Part shown: positions 13,497-25,581 of the stretch, in pieces
How positions within the stretch are numbered: position 1 is the first letter of the stretch
How the letters are laid out: every line of letters begins with the position of its first letter
Source: Chrysomallon squamiferum
Taxonomy: Eukaryota > Animalia > Mollusca
Direction of reading: 5' to 3'
NCBI GenBank assembly: GCA_012295275.1
Contig: CM022674.1
Location: forward strand, 2,728,001 to 2,792,000
DNA length: 64,000 bases
Notes under the pieces: generated by a model
Told to the model about the DNA's origin: nothing
Seen by the model: the letters and a program-made list of their open reading frames with translations, nothing else
Databases searched by the model: none
Program-made: the position numbers and the translations under genes

Positions 13497-15987
13497 ATTT
13501 GCTGAATAGTAAATTATCAGTTTTAATACAAATCTTACCCTTATATATTATTAATATTACATTTGGTTCTGTAGATAGACTTAAAAACAACATAATCAAT
13601 ATAAAGAGTTAAAAGTTTTAATGAATGTTCTAGTTTTTAAATTGTTAGGTGAGATTCTGTTAAACACAGACACACATACATTTTTTTTTTTTTTTTTTTT
13701 TTTTTTTGGATTCTAGATTATCCTATAAGGAAACCAGCTTAACATGACAGTAAACTTTCAAAAACAAAAAAGACAAACAAAAAAGACCAAAAATATTAAA
13801 AGAAAAGACAATATTGACATCAAATATTTCAAATGCTAAGAGTATTTTGGACCAAAAAATTCCTTTTGATGCTGACTTTGTTGAGTTATTGTATTGCTCA
13901 GAAAACTGAAGCTATCTTCTGACAAGACATGCATATGTGCAGATATATACAAACATCATTGTAAACTGAAAAGAAAAGAAAAATAAATAACTGAAAATGA
14001 AAAGTACTAACTAGCGACTGGGAACTTATTTCTGAATTCACTGTTTAGCTGCTGGTTCTTGTACAGGTCCCAGCCTACTGAGTTAATAAAAATTAGACTT
14101 TGGAAACTGCAACTGCAACAGTGCTTCAGCTATTGTGTCCTTTGCTAAGCACAAAACAATGGGTCACTGATTAAACAGAACAAAATATGCCTGTCTCCTT
14201 TGGTTTTATGGTATCTTTACATAACAGGGAACTAAAGACAGACTTCGAAGAAAAGTTAAATTATAAAGTTCACTGACCGATATTTGTTCTGCTTACAAAT
14301 GAATGTATTGTGTCAAACATTTTATTTGCGCCATTTAAATAGCAGTTAATGGTTATACCTATTTTGAATGTGAACATTCTCATAAAGTTTTCCTTACCTG
14401 GTATGTAATTTCTGTTAAAATGAGCTAATTTGCAGTTTTGGTCAATTAAAAGTAGGATACTTCAAAGATTTAGAGGTAAATGATGCAGTTTATTTGCTGT
14501 GAGCAGGCTGAAATGAGTACGCTTATTGACCAAATAGCACAGTCTGCACACTTCAGGTTTTGCTGATTACAATCTCTTTCGCTCCAAACAATATATTCTG
14601 TGAATCCAAGTTCCTATAATATTGCACAAATAGTGAATAAAAAACTAATAACTTTTTCTTCTTCTTCTTCTTCTTCTTTTTTTCTTGTTAATATCATAAA
14701 TTTCTTACTAAAAATCGGTTTCTTTTTGCTTGAAATTTTTATTAGCACAAGTAGTGAAAATGTCCATAAATGGTCAGATGAGGGGTAACTTTTGTTTTGC
14801 ATTCAAAGCTATATTTCAGTTTCATATATATACAATTTATCACAGCTGGAATTTGAACTGAATTTTGTTTCATGAGTAGAGACATTTTTTTGTCACTAAT
14901 AAGTATCTGCAACACTATACTAGAGTAGACTTCAAGGATAAGCCAAGTTTGTATTTTGTAGAGGATTAGGGTTGAACATCAAATTCTTGAAGTACTTTTA
15001 ACAAATATATACATCACAGTATTTTGTTTTATGCATGTTACCTTTGATTATTTAAAATACATAAAAGTGAAAAATTAAGGTACATGGTAAAGAAGGTTAT
15101 GGTGTGCTGTTTACAGATTTTAACACCTATCTCAGTTTTGGTTTTAAATAGCATTCTGTGTCATTTTAACCAACTTATAATTCAGTGATCAGTATTATGA
15201 CTAAATATTTTAAAAATACAGAATTTCTAACATATCATGTGATAATACAATGTGAAAGAAAGAAAAAACAACAATAACAATAATAATAAATAAATAAAAA
15301 CATAAATAAAAAAATGTAATTCAATAAGGACAAAAATGGGAGATTGGTCACTCTTTAAACTCCTTAAAAAAAGCATTGTGCCAATGTACTTCAGGAATGA
15401 ACACAAGGGGAGACTTCAAAAGCCATTTTCCTCAATTAATGATTCTGAGAAATTCAGCTTTTGACATCACCAAAAGGGTCGTAGCTCAATCAGTTTAAAT
15501 GGTAATTTACTAAGATTTTGGTAGGATTTTTTGTTTGTTTGTTGTTTGTTGTTTTTTGAGTATATCTTCTTTTTAAACTAAAATAAATGAGCTAAAGATA
15601 ATTTCCAACCTCATTTTGATGCCTAGAAAAACCCAGTAACACGCGGAAACAACTTTTGTAAACAAAGTGAAAGTAAATTGACTGATTTGCCTGTCGTTTG
15701 GATTGTTTGTATTTATGTGTTAATTACACGATACGTGTAAACTATTAGAAGTAATAATTAAGTAAATATTTGACTTTTATGTTTTAAATATATTAATGGT
15801 ATGTAATAGTATTATGTAATATTTAGTGTAAAAGAACGAAATTGTTCTTTAAACTATCGGACTTAGTGTCACACTTTCCGAGACAAACGACATCCTAGTG
15901 ACCTATAATTAACATTAATTGTAAATACAGTGATATACTATAACAATTCACACTGAATATGAAGAAATAGATTAAATACAGCCTCAC

Positions 15988-16150
15988 CTCCAAAATAGAA
16001 GCAATTAACTAATCAATTCCTTCTTGTGCTGTCATTTTAATTTGCGATGCGACAACCGTCTAACAACCACCCGACATTTTAATCACGCGTGAATTCTCGA
16101 GATTATTATTTCGTACGGTTACGTCACTGTGTCTGGTTACATGCGATTAC
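15988..16150 (-). promoter_or_regulatory. Candidate first (non-coding) exon and promoter of the NLR-like gene
   Basis: Minus-strand donor GAG|gtgagg at 15987. A locally CpG-rich block holds palindromes TCACGCGTGA (16083-16092) and TCTCGAGA (16095-16102) and a CRE/bZIP-like TTACGTCA (16119-16126). A second donor, CAG|gtaagg at 14397, may end another 5'UTR exon. The ATG exon has an acceptor at 13503-13502, so upstream exons are expected. Confidence 0.4.
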
Positions 16151-16235
16151 ATTCGTTATATGATAATTATTTATTTATTGCCATTCATATCGAGATCAAA
16201 AGCAGTTTAATAAATATCGTTAGACTAAATAAACC

Positions 16236-16277
16236 TTAGGGTTAGGGTTAGGATTAGGGTTAGAGTTAGGGTTAGGT
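16236..16277 (+). repeat. Interstitial telomere-like repeat (TTAGGG)7, three units variant
   Basis: TTAGGG TTAGGG TTAGGA TTAGGG TTAGAG TTAGGG TTAGGT. Confidence 0.9.
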
Positions 16278-16682
16278 GAAAAGTTTGTAGTTAAACTTAA
16301 AAACTCTGCTCTCTTATAATCTTCTACTTCCTGATATACTAAGAATGTTATTGCCATATTACTAGATTATTCTACAATGACATGCAAAGAAAATAAATAA
16401 GACTGTTGATATAATAATCAAAGACTGATCAACAAATGTTCTGTGATGTCGGTCAATACAGTTACTCAAATGAAACACATGAAAAAACAAAACAAAGATG
16501 ACATTAAACTTTTTTAATAAGAAAAACAATAAAAGTAACTGCACTTTCTAAAGGAAATGTACTACTTGAAAACTAATTTTGTAAAAGAAGTGGTACTTGC
16601 AAGAAAAATAAAAATTAGCGAATATCTTACATTAATTTCAAGCTATCACTTCTATATTTGAAGGGAATATGTGTTTGCCGAT

Positions 16683-16783
<101 letters not shown>

Positions 16784-16829
16784 ATCCGAGTTTCTAATTT
16801 CTTTTTTCAATTTTGGCATTTTATCTTCT

Positions 16830-17246
16830 AATATTATTTTTAATCATCGTGATCTGTCCTTCATCACTTATTCCTATTTTATATATTTTTCTAATTCTAA
16901 AACTTGCTTTTATTATACATTTTTTTCAGCTTCTTCTTCTTCTTCTTCTTATTTATTTTGTTTCTGCATTTCATTCTTCTCGAAATTTTACATCAGACTA
17001 AACTATAACTTATAAATAAAATTAAAAAAAAAGAAAAAAAAAAGAACAGAGAATAAGTTAATAAACAGCAATTATTCTGTATATGTAAAGATGCTGCGTG
17101 TTTCTACTCTTATTTGAGTTTATGCCAAGGACGGCAACGTTGTCGAGGACTGCACGATAACAGGCTGTGAACACGGCGGCACTCTCTTCTGCGAATTTTA
17201 CTGGTTCAGTATTAAACTAAATCGTGAAGTAACTGGTTAATTTCTT
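16830..17246 (+). repeat. Diverged dispersed direct repeat, copy 2 (homologous to 4850-5192)
   Basis: Colinear shared blocks with 4850-5192. This copy carries a Cvsi-like exon relic where copy 1 has unrelated sequence. Confidence 0.8.
17119..17195 (+). pseudogene. Orphan, truncated exon-2 relic of a Cvsi-2-like inhibitor gene
   Basis: Translates as VYAKDGNVVEDCTITGCEHGGTLFCE, which aligns with VYSETCTSVQDCVVTGCSSGGQLVCD of the neighbouring gene. The first Cys is replaced (GGC), homology stops after the fourth Cys position, and no other exons were found. Confidence 0.75.
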
Positions 17247-17260
17247 TAACTTTCCATATA

Positions 17261-17320
<60 letters not shown>

Positions 17321-17692
17321 TTTGCATGCAAGGGTCGAAATGGCCAAAGTTCCGTTTGGGCGACTATGTTTAATAACGTTATGGGTCAATGCAATGTTCT
17401 GCCTCTTAGTATTGTTGTGCTCATTCAGTGTGTGTTTAAACAAATAAACACATTACAACCAGGTTTATAAAGGTCACTGGTTCTCGCAAAAAACATAACG
17501 ATCCCTTCACGCAACATGCGTATTCGTACGTAAGTTACTTTCTGTATCTGAAAACTGTGACGATTGTTTACGTTTAATTCTTATCAGCAGACGTCATTAG
17601 AGGATTAATCTGAAAACAGGCAAATGTGTTTTATCTCACATCTTGTGACATCTAACGTAAAACGTACTTTCACGTTTTTATATATCTTTCTT

Positions 17693-17723
<31 letters not shown>

Positions 17724-18433
17724 TTATTATTATTATTATTATTGTATTATGTCATTGTATTTAAAAAAAGACAAAAATAAAAAAAGCCAAATAAATAAAC
17801 CAATAAACAAATATTACAACTTACATACTGATTTCTATAAAATTTTTTTTAATCATTTGAAATTATAAACCCAACAAAAACACATGTGTAAACACCAAAA
17901 ATTATCCGGAAAAGAAATCCCTAAAAAAACAAACAAAAAAAAAAAAAAAATAATAATAATAAAATAAATTAAAAAATGAAAAAAAATTGGGCGTGGCAGA
18001 CATTGAGGACAATTCTTTCATAGCCTCTGTCCCTTATAAAAAAAAAAAGGCTTTTTTTTTTTTAAGTAAAAAAGGTTCCAAATTAATTCCAAATATCTTC
18101 TGTTTTCTTTTTTCCCCTTCTTTAATTTAGGGATTCAAATTCTTTTTGAATTTTATTTCCAAACTGTTTTAAATTTGCAAAATAATTTCTTTCAAATATT
18201 TTTAATTTCCCAAAAAAAAAAAAAAAAACGCTTTTTTTTTTTCTTAAACAAGCATATCCAGTCACAGTTCAGAGACAATCTAATAACAATGATTTTTGTA
18301 ACTCCAGTTTCCCTGTAACAGTTTATCAAAATCCTGTGTGTGCAAGTGTAACGGGTTCTTATATAACATTACGTCTTTTGTGCGTGTGTGTTTTTCTCTC
18401 ATTCTCTTTCCATATGTTTTTTTCTCTAAGAAG

Positions 18434-18466
<33 letters not shown>

Positions 18467-18496
18467 ATTTAAACAAAAAAAAAAATTCCCTGTTGC

Positions 18497-18524
18497 AGAT
18501 AAGAAATCTCGACTGCTATAACTT
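18497..18524 (+). promoter_or_regulatory. GATA site + TATA-like box of Cvsi-2-like gene A
   Basis: AGATAAG at 18497 and TATAACTT at 18517, 61 nt before the ATG. The spacing is identical in gene B. Confidence 0.6.
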
Positions 18525-18577
18525 TCTGACAAACGATTTATATTTGTCATATTAGTCAATACTCGACAACGTTCACC

Positions 18578-19441
18578 ATGAAGTTTTAATCGTAGCTCTG
18601 TCTTTGACTGTAATCGCCGTTTCAGGTTAGTGTATTCTGTTTATCCGGTGAATATTTCTCATGTGCTCTAAATGAATGTTGTTGTTGCTGATGCTGCTGT
18701 TGTTGTTGTTGTTGGTGGTGGTGGTGTTCCTGTTGTTGTTATTACTGGTATTGTTATTAATGCTTTATGCTTTTCGGATACTCATTCACTCTTGTCGAAG
18801 TGAAACAAATTTCTATTAATAGTACAAAGCGTAAACATTTAATAAAGTATTACTGGTATAAATGATAATTAAATATTGGACCATGTATCCATTGATGTAA
18901 AATATTGTTAGACTTCTTTTCTTGGTATGATCGTAATTTCATGTAAATTTAATAACGTATTTATTTTGTACAGTATACAGACAAACGTTTGTAGCGTAAC
19001 GTGAATTTTATAGCGTATTTATTTTGGTACATTATACAGTGAAACGTGCATAACGTAACGTGAATTTTTTCACGTATTTTTTTGTACAGTATACAGTGAA
19101 ACGTTCATAACGTAACGTGAATTTTATAACGTATTTTTTTGTACAGTATACAGTGAAACGTGCATAACGTAACGTGAATTTTATCACGTTTTTTTGTTTT
19201 GTTTTTGTACAGTATACAGTGAAACGTGCACCTCGGTGCAGGATTGTGTTGTTACTGGATGCAGCTCAGGAGGGCAGCTTGTTTGCGATGATGAAGGGAA
19301 ATGCACGTGCATGACTTCTCACACCTGCACAGACGGAGAGAACGTCGGTGGTAAGACAAGATTTTGCGTTTTTCCTTCTTTATTTGTGTTTTTATTATCA
19401 TGTTTTTTTTGTTTTTTTTATATATATATTTTTTTTCTTCT

Positions 19442-19504
<63 letters not shown>

Positions 19505-19561
19505 TTTATTTATATATATACATGTATGTGTTTATTTATGTACAGACAGAAACACACCCAG

Positions 19562-19594
<33 letters not shown>

Positions 19595-20185
19595 GACACA
19601 CACACAAACTTAGTATTTTGTGTGCATGTGTTTTATATGATAATTAAGAATACACATAACTCAATATATATTATTCTTTTTTCTCTTTACGCATTTTTAT
19701 TTTTAAAATTTTTAATTTCTTGAATTATTTATTTATTTATTTATTATTTTGGTTGTTGTTGTTTTTGTTGTGTTTTTTTTTTTGATGTGGGTTTTTCTTC
19801 AGAGTAAACACTGTTATTTACAATCACTTGCAGTATCATGTCGAAGTGCCAGAACATGCAAGCAGTGGTACGACTCGACAAGCGATCACAACTGCGAATG
19901 TGCTGACACTCACAATTTACACTGCATCGACGGCCAGTGCAAATGTGGCTACCCTCCAAACTGTTAGTGGTTTTAGCGTCGCCAATCTCAGTCCTTTCAT
20001 AACGTTCATCATTACTCCTAGGACAGTCTTATTTCGATCATATCTGTCTCACTGTTTCTGTCACTTCGTCCGTCCGTTTCTTTATGTCTGTTTGTGTTTT
20101 ACCATCCTCCTGTGTCCGTCTGTCTATCAGGCTGTTTCTCTTTTTTTTTCCATACTGGTCAGAACATCTGTTTGTCTCTCAGTCA

Positions 20186-20221
<36 letters not shown>

Positions 20222-20505
20222 CTTTTAATAACTGTTTTCTCTCTTTCTCGGCCTTCATTTAAAAGTTTTCTGCATATTTATTTTGGCTATTTTATCCACG
20301 ATGGTATGCTGATAATATTAATATTATTATTTTTTTATCTATTAAATAAATTTAATTTAAATTTCCAAACAGCCAAATTGTATTATCCATCGATATGAGT
20401 TGTAGTACTTGATTTATACCGTTTCCTGTGTTATTTAATATTTTTCAGTTAGCAATTTAGTTAGATTTTTAATTTTCCTGTATTATGATTATTTTCTTTT
20501 CAGGA
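18578..20505 (+). CDS. Secreted Cys-rich Cvsi-2-like serine protease inhibitor, paralog A (1-nt frameshift in exon 1: pseudogene or assembly error)
   Basis: Exons 18578-18625, 19213-19350, 19834-19962 and 20504-20505 (stop split T|GA). As assembled it reads ATG AAG TTT TAA. Restoring one base gives MKFLIVALSLTVIAVSVYS-ETCTSVQDCVVTGCSSGGQLVCDDEGKCTCMTSHTCTDGENVGVSCRSARTCKQWYDSTSDHNCECADTHNLHCIDGQCKCGYPPN (105 aa, 14 Cys). The HCIDGxCKCG C-terminus is typical of molluscan Cvsi-2-like proteins. AATAAA at 20577. Confidence 0.8.
18952..19230 (+). repeat. ~58-bp intronic tandem repeat (4 full + 1 partial) built from the exon-2 splice acceptor
   Basis: Unit: ataacgtattt(t)tttgtacagtatacagtgaaacgtgcataacgtaacgtgaatttt. 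The last, partial copy is the real acceptor plus the start of exon 2. Confidence 0.9.
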
Positions 20506-21327
20506 GAAGTTTATGAAAAAAATGAAGGAAAAATAATCGTAGTAATTAAACTCTGTGATCTCTGAATATTAATGGAAATAAAATATTTAAAATTAAACTA
20601 TTTTTGTTTCTTTTATTATCCTATTATTTCTGCTGTATTCAGTATCCACATTAAGTGCCAATTTACTTTTAACTGGACATATTGTCCAGATGAGAAAGTT
20701 GAGAGTTCGAGACACAACATAGGTAGACTATTCTTTACTCACACATACACACAGACACACACACACGCACGTACACACAGCACGCACCACAAAGAATCAT
20801 CACTATAACAGCTTTGGAAAATGGACTGTTTTCATATTAATGAACATATTAACGTATTTAAAGTAAACTATTACCATGTTAAAATTTAAATTTAAAAACG
20901 ACTAAAAAAAAATATCAATAAAATTATAAAATAAAATTGATAAATTAAATTATAAGGAAAAGTAATGATGAATAAGAACAACAAAAAAAAAAACAATTAA
21001 AAAATAACACAAACAAAATAAATCCACCAAATATAAAAAAAATAAAAATTTAGCTGCAAATAAAAATAATAACAACAACAACAACAATAAATAAATAAAT
21101 AAATAGATAAATAAATATTGTTCAGAAAATATCAACAATACAACAATGAAACAATGAAATAAATAAATCATATCGTTCAGAAAAATCAAATAATCCAGAA
21201 TTAAAGAATGAAAAATAATCCATCGTTAACAACAACCAAAAATAATACAGGATTAACAACAATTTAAAATAATACAGGATTAACAACAATTTAAAATAAT
21301 AAGTGTTCAGTGCTTTTTGTTTCTTCT

Positions 21328-21364
<37 letters not shown>

Positions 21365-21625
21365 CAGAAAATTAAGAAAGAATTCGGACGAACTCTAACC
21401 AAATCACACTTCTTTATAAAAACTTAATATCAGATGACTGTCGACCTTCATAAGCACCCTCATAACCTATTTAACTAATAATAGGAATCCCATAAGAAAC
21501 ATCTACGTGATTTACTCGTTTCTTGGTCTTGGTTTTGTGGCCCAGATTTTAGTGGGTTTTGTTCATAATCGTCATGTTATTTCGTGATAAACGCATATGT
21601 TCTTTCGGTAATCTTCCCATTTCAA

Positions 21626-21653
21626 AGATAAGAGGCAAAGACAGATATAACTT
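21626..21653 (+). promoter_or_regulatory. GATA site + TATA-like box of Cvsi-2-like gene B
   Basis: AGATAAG at 21626 and TATAACTT at 21646, 61 nt before the ATG; same geometry as gene A. Confidence 0.6.
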
Positions 21654-21706
21654 GTACGTGATCATTTTAAACTGCCACTTGTTCTTACAGACACGGTACC
21701 TTCACC

Positions 21707-22569
21707 ATGAAGTTTGCAGTTGTTCTTGTACTGGCTATTGTCCTGGTCGTAGGTAGGTAATACACGTCATATATACCACACGCACACACATACATACATA
21801 TATAATTATATTTATTTAATTATTTTGTAATATTTTCTGTCGTACCGAATGAAATAATTAACACCATTAAAAATAATACAGGATTAAAACATTCAAAAAT
21901 AATATAGTATTAACACAGTTTAAAAATGTCAATCTTAAACAACATTTGCTGATATCGTTCCTAATTTTCTAAGTGGTGAACAATTTTGGCTGTCAAGATT
22001 AATTAATATATATATTTTTTTGTGATGAATATATAAGAGCGTCATATTTTTTTGTTGCATTGGAATGATTAATAAAACTAACTAAACGATTTTAAATTTC
22101 TTATGTACCACTAAATGTTTAGGATAATGCACATTTCATTCTTAAATCACGTTTTTTTGTGTGTGTGGGGGGAATTCTTCTTTTTTGCAAAGTGATAGTA
22201 AAAGTTTTATTATTATTATACATTGTTGTGTTTCTATGGCATGAATGCACCAAAGAAGGCCTATTAAAACACATCACATTTTCTAAAACGTTACATGAAC
22301 TATCCGATCTAAAAATATTAAATTTTATACATAATCAAAGCTTTACCTACTAAATGTTATTATCATTACTCTTCCTATTACTTCTGCTAGTACTACTGTC
22401 ACTGCAATTTTAAACCTCTCTATAGAAAATATTAATCTAAATCTTCATTTGAGCAACAACAAATATCAAATTTTACACATACAATTTATCCATAGTATCT
22501 CAAAGCGTGATAATAATGTAATAATTTAAAAAGCACAGGAGCTGAAGAAATGATACTATTTATTTTATT

Positions 22570-22604
<35 letters not shown>

Positions 22605-23165
22605 TTTGTTTGTTTGTTTGTTTATTTATCTATCTATCTATCTGCTTGTTTAATTATTTATATGTTTCTTTATTTGTTTGTTTATCTATATATCTATCCA
22701 TCTGTTTGTTTATTTATTTATATATTTAGCTGTTTGTTTATTTGTTTGTTTGTTTATTTGTTTGTTTGTTTATTTGTTTATTTGTTTATTTATTTGTTTA
22801 TTTATATATTTATTTGTGTTTTATTTATTTATTTATTTATTTGTTTATTTATTTATTTGTTTGTTTGTTTGTTTGTTTATTTGTTTGTTTGTTTGTTTAC
22901 AGTGAACTCAGAGACGTGTAAAACGGTTCACGACTGTGTTGTGACTGGATGCGCGTCTGGTGGAAATCTTGTGTGCGATGATGAAGGACGATGCACGTGC
23001 GAAACCTCTCACACGTGCACTGATGGTGAAAACGTAGGAGGTAAATAAGAATTACTACTACTACCACTACCACCACTACAACTACTACCACTACTACTAC
23101 TACTACTGCTACTACTACTACTACTGCTACTACTGCTACTACTACTGCTACTGCTACTGCTACTG

Positions 23166-23223
<58 letters not shown>

Positions 23224-23679
23224 CACTACCACTACTACTACTACTACTACCGCAATTGCTGCCACTACAACTACTACTATTAATGCTACTACTTGCTACT
23301 GCTACTCCTACTCCTACTACTACTCCTACTGCTACTGTTGCTACTACTACTACTACTACTACTGCTACTTATATTGCTGTTGTTACTGCTTCTGATACTG
23401 ATAGTATAGCCAGTATTGCTACTGCCACCATCATCAAAACCACAACCACGTTTTTCTAACAGTTTACTTATTATTCTACCACTGATATCACAATACTTAC
23501 AACTGCTGCTATTAAAACTACTCTTACTGCTACTACTACTGCTACTACTGCTATTACTGCTACTACTACAACAACCACTACTACTACTACTGCTGCTACT
23601 ACTGCTACTGCTGCTACTACTACTACTACTCTTACTACTACTACTACTGCTATAACTACTACTGCTACTACTACTACTT

Positions 23680-23765
<86 letters not shown>

Positions 23766-24479
23766 GCTACTACTACTACTGCAACTACTACTACTCTTAC
23801 TACTGCTGCTACTACTACTACTGCTGCTACTACTACTACTGCTACTACTATTACAAACTACTACTATTTGCAGTGAACTGTCACAGTGGAAGACACTGCA
23901 GAACGTGGTACGAGACGACACCGTCTCACAACTGTGAGTGTGCTGACACGCACAGCCTCCACTGCATTGACGGCAAATGTAAATGTGGTTACCCTTCAAA
24001 CTGTAAGTACCTCTTTCTACGCTTCTAGTTAAGCATTATACAAAACTATATATTTCTTCCAAGAACTGACGAACAATAGTAAAGAAACTGAGCACAAAAC
24101 GCGGAGTCATAGAATACAAGATAAGGAATATTTATATATTTCGCCACTCGCTCTTTAATTGAATCATATTAGGTCAGATAAGGAATGATAAACGATATGA
24201 TGTCATTGTCAGTGAGGAAAATTTAATAAGTGTGTGTGGTTGGTTCTTAACTAGGTTTGTCACTGTAGTAAAAATAAAATTAAAAATTTAAAAAAAATTA
24301 AAATTAAAAATTACAAAAATTGTTCGTGATTCATTCAGGAAGGAAAACCAAACATTGCATACTTTATTATTAACATAGTTTATTATATTATAATGAATCG
24401 ATCATTTGGATGTATAATTATGATTTGGCTTTACAAACATATATGCTACTCAGAATAGTATTTCTACTTATTTTATTAA

Positions 24480-24522
<43 letters not shown>

Positions 24523-24586
24523 CATTATTATTATTATTATTATTATAATTATTATTAATTTTAATTTTTTTTTTGAATTTACAGGA
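21707..24586 (+). CDS. Secreted Cys-rich Cvsi-2-like serine protease inhibitor, paralog B (intact, 104 aa)
   Basis: Exons 21707-21752, 22903-23040, 23874-24002 and 24585-24586 (stop T|GA), all GT-AG phase 1. Protein: MKFAVVLVLAIVLVVVNS-ETCKTVHDCVVTGCASGGNLVCDDEGRCTCETSHTCTDGENVGVNCHSGRHCRTWYETTPSHNCECADTHSLHCIDGKCKCGYPSN, with a signal peptide and 14 Cys. AATAAA at 24674. Confidence 0.9.
22555..22899. repeat. (TTTA)n/(TTTG)n microsatellite running into the exon-2 acceptor of gene B
   Basis: Direct inspection. Confidence 0.9.
23053..23866. repeat. (CTA)n/(CTG) trinucleotide microsatellite filling intron 2 of gene B
   Basis: Direct inspection; it produces the poly-S, poly-V and poly-L ORFs. 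Confidence 0.95.
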
Positions 24587-24743
24587 AGTTCCTCTTCCAG
24601 ATTTGGTGCCTTACATGGTCACACATTGAATAATTTATATTTTCTTGTATGTTTCATCTCTTTTAGAAGTCTGAATAAAATATTTTAAATTTATCTTGTT
24701 GTTAATTATATTGTTCTGTTTGTTCTCTGAAAGTACGTATATA

Positions 24744-24808
<65 letters not shown>

Positions 24809-25129
24809 CGTAGACACGCATGCTTATACAAATGTATGTAACTAATACATGCGCGTGTTGTTTGAAACTGTTTGTCTGTTAAAAACACATACTAAATTAT
24901 GATTCTATTTAAATAAAAATCAGTGATTTTTACCATAACATGTTTATTACGTATGAATGATTATTATTTTAATATACGTGAACTGATAAATTATCGATAG
25001 GAAACCAGATAGAGTAATTTGAAGACGATCTCTAAGAATTAACCGGCAAATTAATATGTCGAAAATTAGTAGAAACTCACAAGCACGTAAATACACACAC
25101 ACACACATACATACATACATACATACATA

Positions 25130-25166
<37 letters not shown>

Positions 25167-25509
25167 TAGTAAAGGTGTGTGTGTGCGTGCGTGTACGTGA
25201 GAATATGAATATTTGGGCCACAGATAAAAAACTATAAAATGTGTACATATTCACACACACACGCACATTGGCTACACATGTTATAGTCTTTGTTTACTCA
25301 TATTTACCTTAATTTTAAATCGTTGATATAAGCACACAGTCGGACTTAATGTGCTTGCCGCCCCTAATGCTAAAGAAATTGTACCGCCCCCTCCTCTAGG
25401 CTCAAGACCCCCCGACTTAGTTTATATAATATGAATGGTTATAACTTATAATCTAGTTGAAAGCAAAGACATGTATAAGAACAAAGTAAAACAACAATAT
25501 CAGTCTTAG

Positions 25510-25581
<72 letters not shown>

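Noticed and set aside
16236-16277. True chromosome end or telomere fusion site
   Set aside because: Only seven partly degenerate units, embedded in ordinary sequence, with no head-to-head inverted array.
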